In this document: positions 25,903-33,954 of the stretch, in pieces
How positions within the stretch are numbered: the stretch's first letter is position 1
How the letters are laid out: the number at the start of each line of letters is the position of its first letter
IMG/VR virus record: IMGVR_UViG_3300025635_000092
Location: 1-33,954 of that record
Source of the DNA: a virus
Taxonomy: Duplodnaviria; Caudoviricetes
Length of the DNA stretch: 33,954 nucleotides
Strand: one strand, 5' to 3'
Translations under genes and position numbers: made by a program
Notes under the pieces: generated by a model
Databases searched by the model: none
The model's input: the letters and a program-made list of their open reading frames with translations, nothing else
What the model was told of the DNA's origin: nothing

Positions 25903-26357
25903 CAGGCGCAATGGCAATTCTCGGTACGGTGATGGGCATTGGCTCACAGTTGGCATCTAGTAAGGCCAATGCCCAAGCCTCTGAGGAGGAAGCACGAAAC
26001 TTTGAGCAGGTAAGCGCCTTTCAGGAGCGGCAGTTTAGGCGTGGGGCTGGGCTAGAGGCCGCGAAGGGGCGAGCGATTGCTGCCGCAAGTGGTATTCGCG
26101 CTGATACGGGAAGCCCGCTGTTGCAAGAGTTAGATTTTGCCAAGCAGACAGAACTACAAGCGCAGGACATACGAAGAACAGGTGGCCTTATGGCGTCGGG
26201 GAAACGCTATGAGGCGAAGCTATTGAACCGATCTAATCTCTTCACCGGCATCTCTGGAGCCGCGCAGGGCACCAGCATTCTCTCGTCGTTCTTTGCGACT
26301 CGCGGCGGATATCAGAGTCGCTATCAGCAGTATGATCCGGTCTGGGGGAAAGACTAA
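25890..26357 (+). CDS. Internal virion/ejection protein (gp14-like)
   Basis: Hydrophobic Gly/Ala N-terminus; AASGI...GSPL motif. Confidence 0.75.
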   Translation: MAYVAGAMAILGTVMGIGSQLASSKANAQASEEEARNFEQVSAFQERQFRRGAGLEAAKGRAIAAASGIRADTGSPLLQELDFAKQTELQAQDIRRTGGLMASGKRYEAKLLNRSNLFTGISGAAQGTSILSSFFATRGGYQSRYQQYDPVWGKD

Positions 26358-27955
26358 TGCCGAAGATTCCCGTTCTCACCGCGCAAAGCCAAGGGGCCAT
26401 GCTCCGCCTACCATCAGCCAATGCCGAATCGCTCGGCGGGCAGGCGGGCCGGTCTGTGATCGGGTTAGGCAATACGCTGGGACGAATCGATGCGGCGTTG
26501 CAGGACCAAAAAGATAAGCTCGATATTGTTTCACTGGAGGCCGATTATCAGGATGGTCTTGATCGGGCCTATCAGGAATCGCTAAAAGAACCCGACATTG
26601 CCAAGCAGCCGATGGTCTTCGGCAAGTATCTTGATACACTGAACGAAGATCTCATGAAGCGTCCGGTGTCAACTCCTGTGCGAACGGCGTTCCAGATTCA
26701 CAAAACGCAGTTAGACCAGCGGGCAGTAATTGCGCTCCGCCATGAAGGGCGAAAGATCGAAACGGAACGGCAGATCGTGCAAACGAGCCAGGCCGCCGAG
26801 CAGCGCATGGATCAGGCGGCAGCATACTCGCAACTCAGCCCAGACTCACAGGTGCAGGATATCAGCAATTTATCGAGTATGGCCGAGGCTCTTGTGTCAG
26901 GGCTGGAGAAGAACGGGCATCTCTCGCCGCTCAATGCACAGAAGATGCGCGAAGGGCTACAGGATCGGTATTGGTCAGCGTTTGCGCGGCAGCATCCTGA
27001 TGAGATGCTGGCGATGCGAGCGGGTGGCCCAACAGGGTATCGCCCCGTATCGCTGGATTGGGGGAAGCTCGCGCATTATGAACAAGTGGCGACGGCTGAA
27101 ATTTCACGATTGAACAGTGCCGCCAATGCAGAAGAGAAGCGGGCATCTGCTGAACGGAAGATGGCCTCTCAGGCCGTTGTAGCTGACTACTTTGCTCGCT
27201 CTACGGTGCCAGGGCATGATCCTCAGTCTCTCCTAGAGGAAGCTGGCCGAGATCCACGATTGAGTGCAGATGACCGCCCAGAGGCGATTCGCTACCTGCA
27301 ATCGAGAACCGATCATGCGGCGTCTGCGGCAAAGAATGGTGTGAAATTTGATGAGCGATTCTTTCTGCGAACCCTGCTGCCGAATATCTGGAATGGAAAA
27401 TATAAAGATGAACTTGATGTGCTGAAGGCGGGGGCGGACCACTTGGACGCCTCACATGCCACACAGGCTATTGAGCAGTTTCATAAGTACAATACGACGG
27501 TTACTGCTCCAGTCAAGCAAGCATTCCAGTTTGGCGAAGATGTGATTCGTCAAGCATTTGCGCTTCCTCCAGGGGCCACGATTGATGCGGCTGGCGTGGG
27601 CGATGCCAAAGGTCGTGCGATGGATCGTTTCACCACATGGTACGGCGATCTTGTGCAACGGGCTGCGACGGAAGGGCCGAAAGTGTTTGACGGCATTGAC
27701 ATCCAGGCGCAAGCACGGAAGTTCAAAGATGAAGAATTAGTGGCGTTGGACGATAACGTGATTCGCATTTTGGAAACGAAGCCGCCGCAATACAAGTCGG
27801 AAGAAGAGATCAGAAAAGCGTATGAGAGCGGCAAAATTGCTTCAACGAGAGAAGTCAATCGGGCGTTAGCTGAACTCGAATCGTACCAACATCTCCAGCA
27901 GCGAGCCGCGAAGCGCACGAAAGTCAACCCGTCCGACAAACGAATCGAGAAATAA
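26357..27955 (+). CDS. Internal virion/ejection protein (gp15-like)
   Basis: MPKIP start, helical Ala/Gln-rich 532 aa; synteny. Confidence 0.7.
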   Translation: MPKIPVLTAQSQGAMLRLPSANAESLGGQAGRSVIGLGNTLGRIDAALQDQKDKLDIVSLEADYQDGLDRAYQESLKEPDIAKQPMVFGKYLDTLNEDLMKRPVSTPVRTAFQIHKTQLDQRAVIALRHEGRKIETERQIVQTSQAAEQRMDQAAAYSQLSPDSQVQDISNLSSMAEALVSGLEKNGHLSPLNAQKMREGLQDRYWSAFARQHPDEMLAMRAGGPTGYRPVSLDWGKLAHYEQVATAEISRLNSAANAEEKRASAERKMASQAVVADYFARSTVPGHDPQSLLEEAGRDPRLSADDRPEAIRYLQSRTDHAASAAKNGVKFDERFFLRTLLPNIWNGKYKDELDVLKAGADHLDASHATQAIEQFHKYNTTVTAPVKQAFQFGEDVIRQAFALPPGATIDAAGVGDAKGRAMDRFTTWYGDLVQRAATEGPKVFDGIDIQAQARKFKDEELVALDDNVIRILETKPPQYKSEEEIRKAYESGKIASTREVNRALAELESYQHLQQRAAKRTKVNPSDKRIEK

Positions 27956-30900
27956 TGGCGAATCTTGACGACATCCTTTCATCTTCTCGGTCACACGCGA
28001 ATGACTTAGAGCGGCAAGAGCGCATGTTAGGCGCATACCTGGATGATCCGCTCATTCAAGCAACGCACAAGGGCGTGGAAGCGGTGGGATCTGCATTCAA
28101 GAAAGCCAAGGAGTTTATCGCTCCTGCTGCCGAGAAAGCGAAAACAACAATTACCGAGGATGTCGTCAAACCAGTGGCAAAGATTTTAAGCGACCCTCGC
28201 ATGGAAGCGGTAGGACTTGGGGTCACGACAGGAGGCGCGGCGACAGGACAGCCAGAAGTGCTGTTGCCTGGGCTGGCGATTCTTGGCATGGCCAAAACTG
28301 GCAAACTGATTCGGGATCGGTTCAATGTCGAAGAGATTGTGCAGCGTGCCTTAGAGCCGTCTCCGTTGGCTGAACGGGTTACATCGGTCTTGAACGAAAA
28401 AACAGCCGTGCTCCCTGATGCCGTCGCCAAGCAGAAAGCTGATGCCCTCGTGCAGTCTGGTGGGGTAACACGCGAGACGCTGACAAAGTACGCGCCAGAA
28501 ACGGCGCTCGCGTCTGCTCCGCAGGCGTTAGCCGTGCAGGAAGTGCTGACGCAGGAATCCCGTGCCTTTATTGATACCGCGAAAGTAGCCCTGGAGCGCA
28601 ATGATCCACAGATGGCCGAACAGGCTGTTGCACAATTCGCACGGTTGCTTGATCCTGCCTCTCGCTATGCCGGAGCAGTCACAACGACCGCGCAAACCTT
28701 GCGGGTGGCATCGAACGCCGACATCAAGGCACTGAATCTTCTGTTGGAGCGGAGTTCTAAGACCGCAAAAGGCGATTCGGCGCTTGATACGCTCAAAACA
28801 ATGCTGGCCGATCCGGCTACTGATCCTGCCGCACAAGGGAAATCGCTGACGCAATCGTTCCGTAACGTGATGACGCAGGCGAAAGAAGTGGTGGCGACGG
28901 GCGATCAGGCAGGCGCAGAAGTGCTCCTACATGAGATTCAGGCGGTTGTAGAGGAAGAGGCACAACTGGGCCTGTTCGCTACCGAACAGGAAGTCAAAAA
29001 GGCGCAGGCGGTTCAGAAGTCCGTCACGGCGCAGCATATCGTGGAAGCCAACCAGGCGGCAGCGAAGGCGGGAGAAGATCAGTTTAAGCTGACGCCGACT
29101 GGGCCTGGACCTGTCACGCCGAAGCAGACGACGTTCCTTGAAAAGCCGATTAAGCCTGGCGACCAACTGACGGACGATCAACTGCGCGAGTTTAATGAAC
29201 GGCTTGCTAAAGAAAAGCAAGACACCCTGACGCACTCTACTGCGCCAGGAAGTAAGCAAACGCAGGGGAAACTCTTTGCCGAACCGATCAAGCCTGGACA
29301 GCAAATCACGGACGATCAAATCCGTGAATACAACCGTCTTGTGGCGGTAGCGCAAGAAGAGAAGTTGAAGCTCACGCGAGTTGGTGCCCCTGGAGCGAAG
29401 GCGGGGAAACAGGAAGATTTCGTCAAGCAGGACGAGCAGAATCGCCTTGCCACCATCAGGGAACATCAGGCGCAGGATCTTCGTGCTTCCACGGGCACCT
29501 CCGTCTTTTCTCCGAAGCGAGAGACGTTCAAGCTCACCCCTCCCACTGGCGGAGCCAGAACGCGAGCGCCAAAACAGCTTGATCTATTGAACATCATCGC
29601 TAAAGAGCCTGAACCGGAACAGTTGGCGTTAGAGATGGCCGCCGCTATTGAGCACCCTGAACTCTCCACGCAATTCCTGAAACTCATTAAGGGCGCGAGT
29701 AAGGCGATTGAGTTGGGGAGCACGGAAGATGTCGGGAAGGCGCTGAGTAAGATCCAGGCGATCTTTAGAGAAAAGACGGTTGACCCGAATAAGGTCACGC
29801 AACCGACTCGATTGGTCACGGCTGAAAAGAAAGCCTTGCAAGCGTTCTTTCAGCGTCCAGGGAATAAAGACCTTGGGCCGGAAGAGATGTTGAAGGCGCT
29901 CTTGGCCGATCCTGACTTGCAACCAGAAGCTCTCGTGGCCGCAATCAACCAAGCCAAGAATCCAACCTGGCGCGGAGCCATGCAGTACGTCGTGATTAAC
30001 GGCATGCTTGGCCCGACGAGTGACATGGTGAATCTAGTGGCGACGGCAAGCATGCTGCCGGTGCATCTTGCTGCACGGACTGTTGGAGCACGCATCGGGC
30101 AAGTCAGCCGTCTCCTGGGCGGGAAAGCGGGCGTCATCGTCGGGGAAGATGAAGCGATGCTGCATGGGCTCTATTCGTCGTTCTGGGACAGCATCAAGCT
30201 CGCCGGGCGGGTTGCCAAGACGCATGTGCCTGAAATTGGCCCGAATGCCCTGAAAGAAACCGCGATGGGCGAGAACCCGCTATCTGGCATGGCGATGTTC
30301 CACTACTCCCCCACGGCTCGCAAGTTGGCTGGTATTACCAAGCCAAGTGATGCCGCGAGCAGTCCGGCACTTTCGCGGGCTGGCTTCGTGAGCCGCGCCA
30401 TTGATGTGATGGGCGTAACGTTGGGATTGCCTGGACGGCTCATGCTCTCTGGCGATCAGTTCATTCAGAATATGGCGATGGCCGCAGAGCAACACGCCAT
30501 CGTGTACCGGCGAGCCGCGCAGCAAGCTGTGCGGGAAGGACTGACCGAGCAGCAATTCTATGAGTCGTACAAGCCGTTGTGGCGTGATGTGTCCACGAAA
30601 TTACCAGAAGAGATCCGTAAGTCTGGTGAACAGTTCTCGCTAGAAGTCTCGCTGAATCAAAAGCTCGGCACGTTGGGGCAGAGCGTGTTGAATTTGCGTG
30701 AAGTGGCCGATCAGCGCACTGGGTTGCTGGGCACCATCTCCATGCCGTTCTTCAAAACGCTGGTGAACTCCTCAAAGGCGACGTGGGAATTGACCCCGCT
30801 GGCTCCCGTCTCGCACGCGATTGGGGCGATGGGGCAGAAAGCGTCCGGCGAGACGTTGCAACTGATCGCCAAGGAACTCAAGAGCGATATGTTCGGGGCC

Positions 30901-31950
30901 GATCCCGTCAAGCGAGACATCGCGCTCGGTAAGTGGGCGGTTGGCACCATGATGATGTCCGGCCTGCTCTATGCGGCAATAAATGGACGCCTCCGTGGGC
31001 GTGGGCCTGACAATAAAGAGCTACGGCAGCAAGACATTGAGGCGCATGGACTCACGGATAGTGTGGTCGTCAATGCGGATGATGGCACCAGTGTTCAGAT
31101 CAACCGCTTCGGTATTGTCGGGAATCTTGCGGGTATGGCTGCTGATGTAGCAGAAGTGTGGATGCAGGCCGATGAACACACCAAGTCAGACATCGCGCAG
31201 CTTCTCACAACCGCGTATGTCGGCAACCTCTCGTTTGACTTTCTCCAAAATTCAAGCGGCATCATTCATGCGCTCGCTAATGGCGTCAAGACTAAGGCTG
31301 ATCTCGACTTGATTGCCAAAAGCACAACCAGCCTAATCCCTCTGGGGGCCACGGCGCGAAGCGTGGAGAAGATTCTGGCAACACCGGAAGATCCACTGTT
31401 GATGAAAGACGCTAAAACAGCCTTGGAGAAAATCTTGGCGCGGTTTCCAGGCTATGATTCGCTGGCTGAGAAATACGGACTCCCAGCCGTGCCTGTGCTA
31501 CGGAACCAGTTTGGCTATGCAGTACGTCAACCAACAAGTGCCTGGGGCACAGAATGGTTCAACCCAATATTCGTGAGCCGTCCATCGAAAGACGCAACCT
31601 TGCGAGAGATCGCGGAGATTGAGTTATCTTTAGGTGTGGCGATCCAGCAACCGCGTCGAGACATTGGGAAACATAACCTGGAATTGAACAATGAAGAATA
31701 TGCCGAATACCAAAAACTCGCTGGCGCTCAATGGGAGCAGCGGGCTGCTGCTCTCTTGCCGATGCTGCGTCGAGACGACATCCCCGACCAAGTGAAGCGT
31801 GACAAGATTGAGATGCAAGTACGCGAGGCTCGCGCTGTGGCGGCAAGGCAGTTGTTTGGCGTTGATCCTGAATTGGCGAGTGCGCTTGGTGAGCAAACTC
31901 GTGTGCTCGGCACTACATTACGGACCCCTAAGAAGTATGTCAGACCATAA
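27955..31950 (+). CDS. Large internal virion/ejection protein (gp16-like)
   Basis: 1331 aa helical protein; PFFKT..N, G.L.G.GP and RN.FG motifs of large podovirus ejection proteins; synteny. Confidence 0.75.
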   Translation: MANLDDILSSSRSHANDLERQERMLGAYLDDPLIQATHKGVEAVGSAFKKAKEFIAPAAEKAKTTITEDVVKPVAKILSDPRMEAVGLGVTTGGAATGQPEVLLPGLAILGMAKTGKLIRDRFNVEEIVQRALEPSPLAERVTSVLNEKTAVLPDAVAKQKADALVQSGGVTRETLTKYAPETALASAPQALAVQEVLTQESRAFIDTAKVALERNDPQMAEQAVAQFARLLDPASRYAGAVTTTAQTLRVASNADIKALNLLLERSSKTAKGDSALDTLKTMLADPATDPAAQGKSLTQSFRNVMTQAKEVVATGDQAGAEVLLHEIQAVVEEEAQLGLFATEQEVKKAQAVQKSVTAQHIVEANQAAAKAGEDQFKLTPTGPGPVTPKQTTFLEKPIKPGDQLTDDQLREFNERLAKEKQDTLTHSTAPGSKQTQGKLFAEPIKPGQQITDDQIREYNRLVAVAQEEKLKLTRVGAPGAKAGKQEDFVKQDEQNRLATIREHQAQDLRASTGTSVFSPKRETFKLTPPTGGARTRAPKQLDLLNIIAKEPEPEQLALEMAAAIEHPELSTQFLKLIKGASKAIELGSTEDVGKALSKIQAIFREKTVDPNKVTQPTRLVTAEKKALQAFFQRPGNKDLGPEEMLKALLADPDLQPEALVAAINQAKNPTWRGAMQYVVINGMLGPTSDMVNLVATASMLPVHLAARTVGARIGQVSRLLGGKAGVIVGEDEAMLHGLYSSFWDSIKLAGRVAKTHVPEIGPNALKETAMGENPLSGMAMFHYSPTARKLAGITKPSDAASSPALSRAGFVSRAIDVMGVTLGLPGRLMLSGDQFIQNMAMAAEQHAIVYRRAAQQAVREGLTEQQFYESYKPLWRDVSTKLPEEIRKSGEQFSLEVSLNQKLGTLGQSVLNLREVADQRTGLLGTISMPFFKTLVNSSKATWELTPLAPVSHAIGAMGQKASGETLQLIAKELKSDMFGADPVKRDIALGKWAVGTMMMSGLLYAAINGRLRGRGPDNKELRQQDIEAHGLTDSVVVNADDGTSVQINRFGIVGNLAGMAADVAEVWMQADEHTKSDIAQLLTTAYVGNLSFDFLQNSSGIIHALANGVKTKADLDLIAKSTTSLIPLGATARSVEKILATPEDPLLMKDAKTALEKILARFPGYDSLAEKYGLPAVPVLRNQFGYAVRQPTSAWGTEWFNPIFVSRPSKDATLREIAEIELSLGVAIQQPRRDIGKHNLELNNEEYAEYQKLAGAQWEQRAAALLPMLRRDDIPDQVKRDKIEMQVREARAVAARQLFGVDPELASALGEQTRVLGTTLRTPKKYVRP

Positions 31951-31959
31951 GGAGTTACT

Positions 31960-33954
31960 ATGCTGAATGAATCTGATGCCGTCAACCGAAGCACCGCGAA
32001 CGGGGCCACGACCGTCTTCCCGTACACCTTCAAGATTCTTGATGAATCTGAAATTGAAGTGCTGGCGAACGAAACGGTCTTAACGCTTGATACTGATTAT
32101 GCCGTGTCGGGTGTCGGGGTGGATGGCGGTGGGAATATCACGACGGTTGCCACGTATGCCAATGGAACCATTATCACGCGACTTCGCAAGCAGCCAACCA
32201 CGCAGACTTCAAACTACCAATCCGAAACCTTCCCACCAGAGCGCATTGAGCGGGACTTTGACAAGCTGGCGATGCGGTTGCAACAAGTGAAAGAGCATCT
32301 TCGCCGCTGTCTCTCGTTCAGCAAGTCGTCTTCGACTGTGGATCAATCCGTAGACGCGCCTGTTGCGGGGAGTTTTGCGAGAGCGAAGGTTGGCGGAGGA
32401 ATCGACTGGGCTAATGTGGTGAGTGCTGGGACGATCTCAACCCCTGTTGCGGTTGCTGAAGGCGGTACCGGAGTCACGACGGCGACAGGTACAGGATCAG
32501 TCGTCAGGCAAGACAACCCGACTATTAACAACCCGACGATTGCCAGCCTCGCCTTATCAGCCGTTACAGACATTTCAATGGTCGGCGGCATTAACGAAGC
32601 CATCTCTACAGTGGCATCATCAGCAACCCCAGATATCTTTGCGATTACCGTTGGGAATACGGTGAATTATACCGGCGCAACTCCCGCAACGGGGTTTGTC
32701 GCCTCGCCGCAGGCTGGTGCCCAGCGGTTACTGGTCTGTGCGGCGGCGGCTCCCTTCGTCGCAGGCGCAAATATGCTGATTGACGGGATTGCCAGTGGAG
32801 GGACATTTACTGCGGCAACGGGAGATAAGATCTTGGTGGTGGCCGTAACCACCACGCAATTCCGCCTTACGCCTATGAAGGCTGACGGAACCGCTGTCTC
32901 TAACCCGCTCTCTTCTCTCACATCAATCCAGAATCCAATCATCAATGGGACAATGGAAGTGTGGCAGCGTGGTACGACATTCGCGGCTGCGGCTGATGGA
33001 CAATTTGCGGCAGACCGCTTTCACTGGAAGCAAGTTGGCGCTGGAGTCGTCACGCTGAGACAGTCCACGACTGTCCCTAGCGTGGCGCAAGCTGGCGTCT
33101 TACTGAACTACAGCCTGGAAGTCGATGTGACCACGGCTGATGCGGCTATTGGTGCAGCCGATACCTACTCGGTCAGGCACAAAATCGAGGGTGGGAATTG
33201 GCGACACTTTGCCCAGCGAGAAATCACAGTCTCATTTTGGGTATCTTCCACGAAGACGGGGGTCCATTCCTTTGCGATACGCAATAGCGGCACGGACCGA
33301 TACTACATTGCAGAGTACACTGTGGATGTTGCAGATACCCCTGAGCATAAAACAATTACCATCGGCTCGTCTCCAGCAGCGGGAACGTGGAACTATACAA
33401 CCGGCATTGGAGCCGAGCTAATCTGGACGTTAGCGGCGGGGTCGAACTTCCACGGCACTGTAGGAGCTTGGACGGCTGGGGCGCTCTATGCGTCGGCCTC
33501 TCAAGTCAATGGACTCGATTCCAATTCCAACTTTTTCCGTATCACTGGTGTCAAAATGGAGATCGGGGGATCAGCCACGGCGCTCCAATATATCCCGTTT
33601 GTGGCAGAATACGAACAGTGCAAAAGATACTACCAGAAGTCGTTTGCCTATGATGTCGCTCCGGTGCAGAATGTCGGCTCTGCGGCATCATGCGAAATAT
33701 GGTACTCCCCCTATACTGCCACGACGGCAAATGCGTTTGTCGTTCCGCTGAAACCAGCTATGATTGACGCCCCATCGGTAACGACCTATAACCCATTTGC
33801 AGCCAATGCTCACCCAAGAAATGCGTCGGATGCAGCAGATGACGCCATCTCTACACTTGTGTCAAATGCGAGACAGTTAATCTTAAATTTTGGTCCCAAT
33901 GCTGCGAATACGGCTGGCGATTTTCACTATCTCCACTGGACTGCTGATGATGAG
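31960..33954 (+). CDS. Tail fiber (T7 gp17-type N-terminus), open at the window end
   Basis: Not in the ORF track; read manually from ATG 31960 (SD AAGGAG): MLNESDAVNRSTANGATTVFPYTFKILDESEIEV...DFDKLAMRLQQ, later NPIINGTMEVWQRG and EQCKRYYQK, ending HWTADDE. Confidence 0.85.
   Translation, partial: MLNESDAVNRSTANGATTVFPYTFKILDESEIEVLANETVLTLDTDYAVSGVGVDGGGNITTVATYANGTIITRLRKQPTTQTSNYQSETFPPERIERDFDKLAMRLQQVKEHLRRCLSFSKSSSTVDQSVDAPVAGSFARAKVGGGIDWANVVSAGTISTPVAVAEGGTGVTTATGTGSVVRQDNPTINNPTIASLALSAVTDISMVGGINEAISTVASSATPDIFAITVGNTVNYTGATPATGFVASPQAGAQRLLVCAAAAPFVAGANMLIDGIASGGTFTAATGDKILVVAVTTTQFRLTPMKADGTAVSNPLSSLTSIQNPIINGTMEVWQRGTTFAAAADGQFAADRFHWKQVGAGVVTLRQSTTVPSVAQAGVLLNYSLEVDVTTADAAIGAADTYSVRHKIEGGNWRHFAQREITVSFWVSSTKTGVHSFAIRNSGTDRYYIAEYTVDVADTPEHKTITIGSSPAAGTWNYTTGIGAELIWTLAAGSNFHGTVGAWTAGALYASASQVNGLDSNSNFFRITGVKMEIGGSATALQYIPFVAEYEQCKRYYQKSFAYDVAPVQNVGSAASCEIWYSPYTATTANAFVVPLKPAMIDAPSVTTYNPFAANAHPRNASDAADDAISTLVSNARQLILNFGPNAANTAGDFHYLHWTADDE

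Noticed and set aside
31960-33954. Diversity-generating retroelement, as in BPP-1
   Set aside because: No reverse transcriptase and no TR/VR duplicate seen in the window; cannot be excluded beyond the right edge.

Overview
Most of a dsDNA tailed-phage genome (podovirus type) with two divergent arms. Left arm (minus strand, ~401-13011): early/accessory and replication-recombination genes. These include many small ORFs, a RyR-domain protein, a RuvC-like resolvase, a Bet/RecT annealase, two HNH nucleases, an orphan HigA-like HTH protein, a lambda-O-like replication initiator with an internal iteron/microsatellite origin, and very acidic putative anti-defence proteins. A ~750 bp non-coding switch region (13050-13800) separates the arms. 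Right arm (plus strand, 13808-end): a T7/BPP-1-like morphogenesis module (TerS, TerL, portal, scaffold, major capsid, decoration protein, tail tubular A/B, GNAT, three internal/ejection proteins, tail fiber running off the end), with a glycosyltransferase-like + methyltransferase insert. A holin and a lipoprotein sit at the left edge. No integrase, CI-type repressor, DNA polymerase or RNA polymerase was recognised. The most unusual signals are: (i) two sigma54-type promoters with IHF-site/enhancer architecture driving the early arm; (ii) a three-hairpin leader RNA with a perfect 7-nt loop-loop complementarity to a terminator loop, in front of the replication initiator; (iii) a two-state, RBS-sequestering leader before the capsid gene; (iv) clustered beta-clamp-binding-like motifs in the largest ejection protein; (v) a possible virion glycosylation/methylation cassette. 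All product calls are from motif recognition by eye, without database searches.
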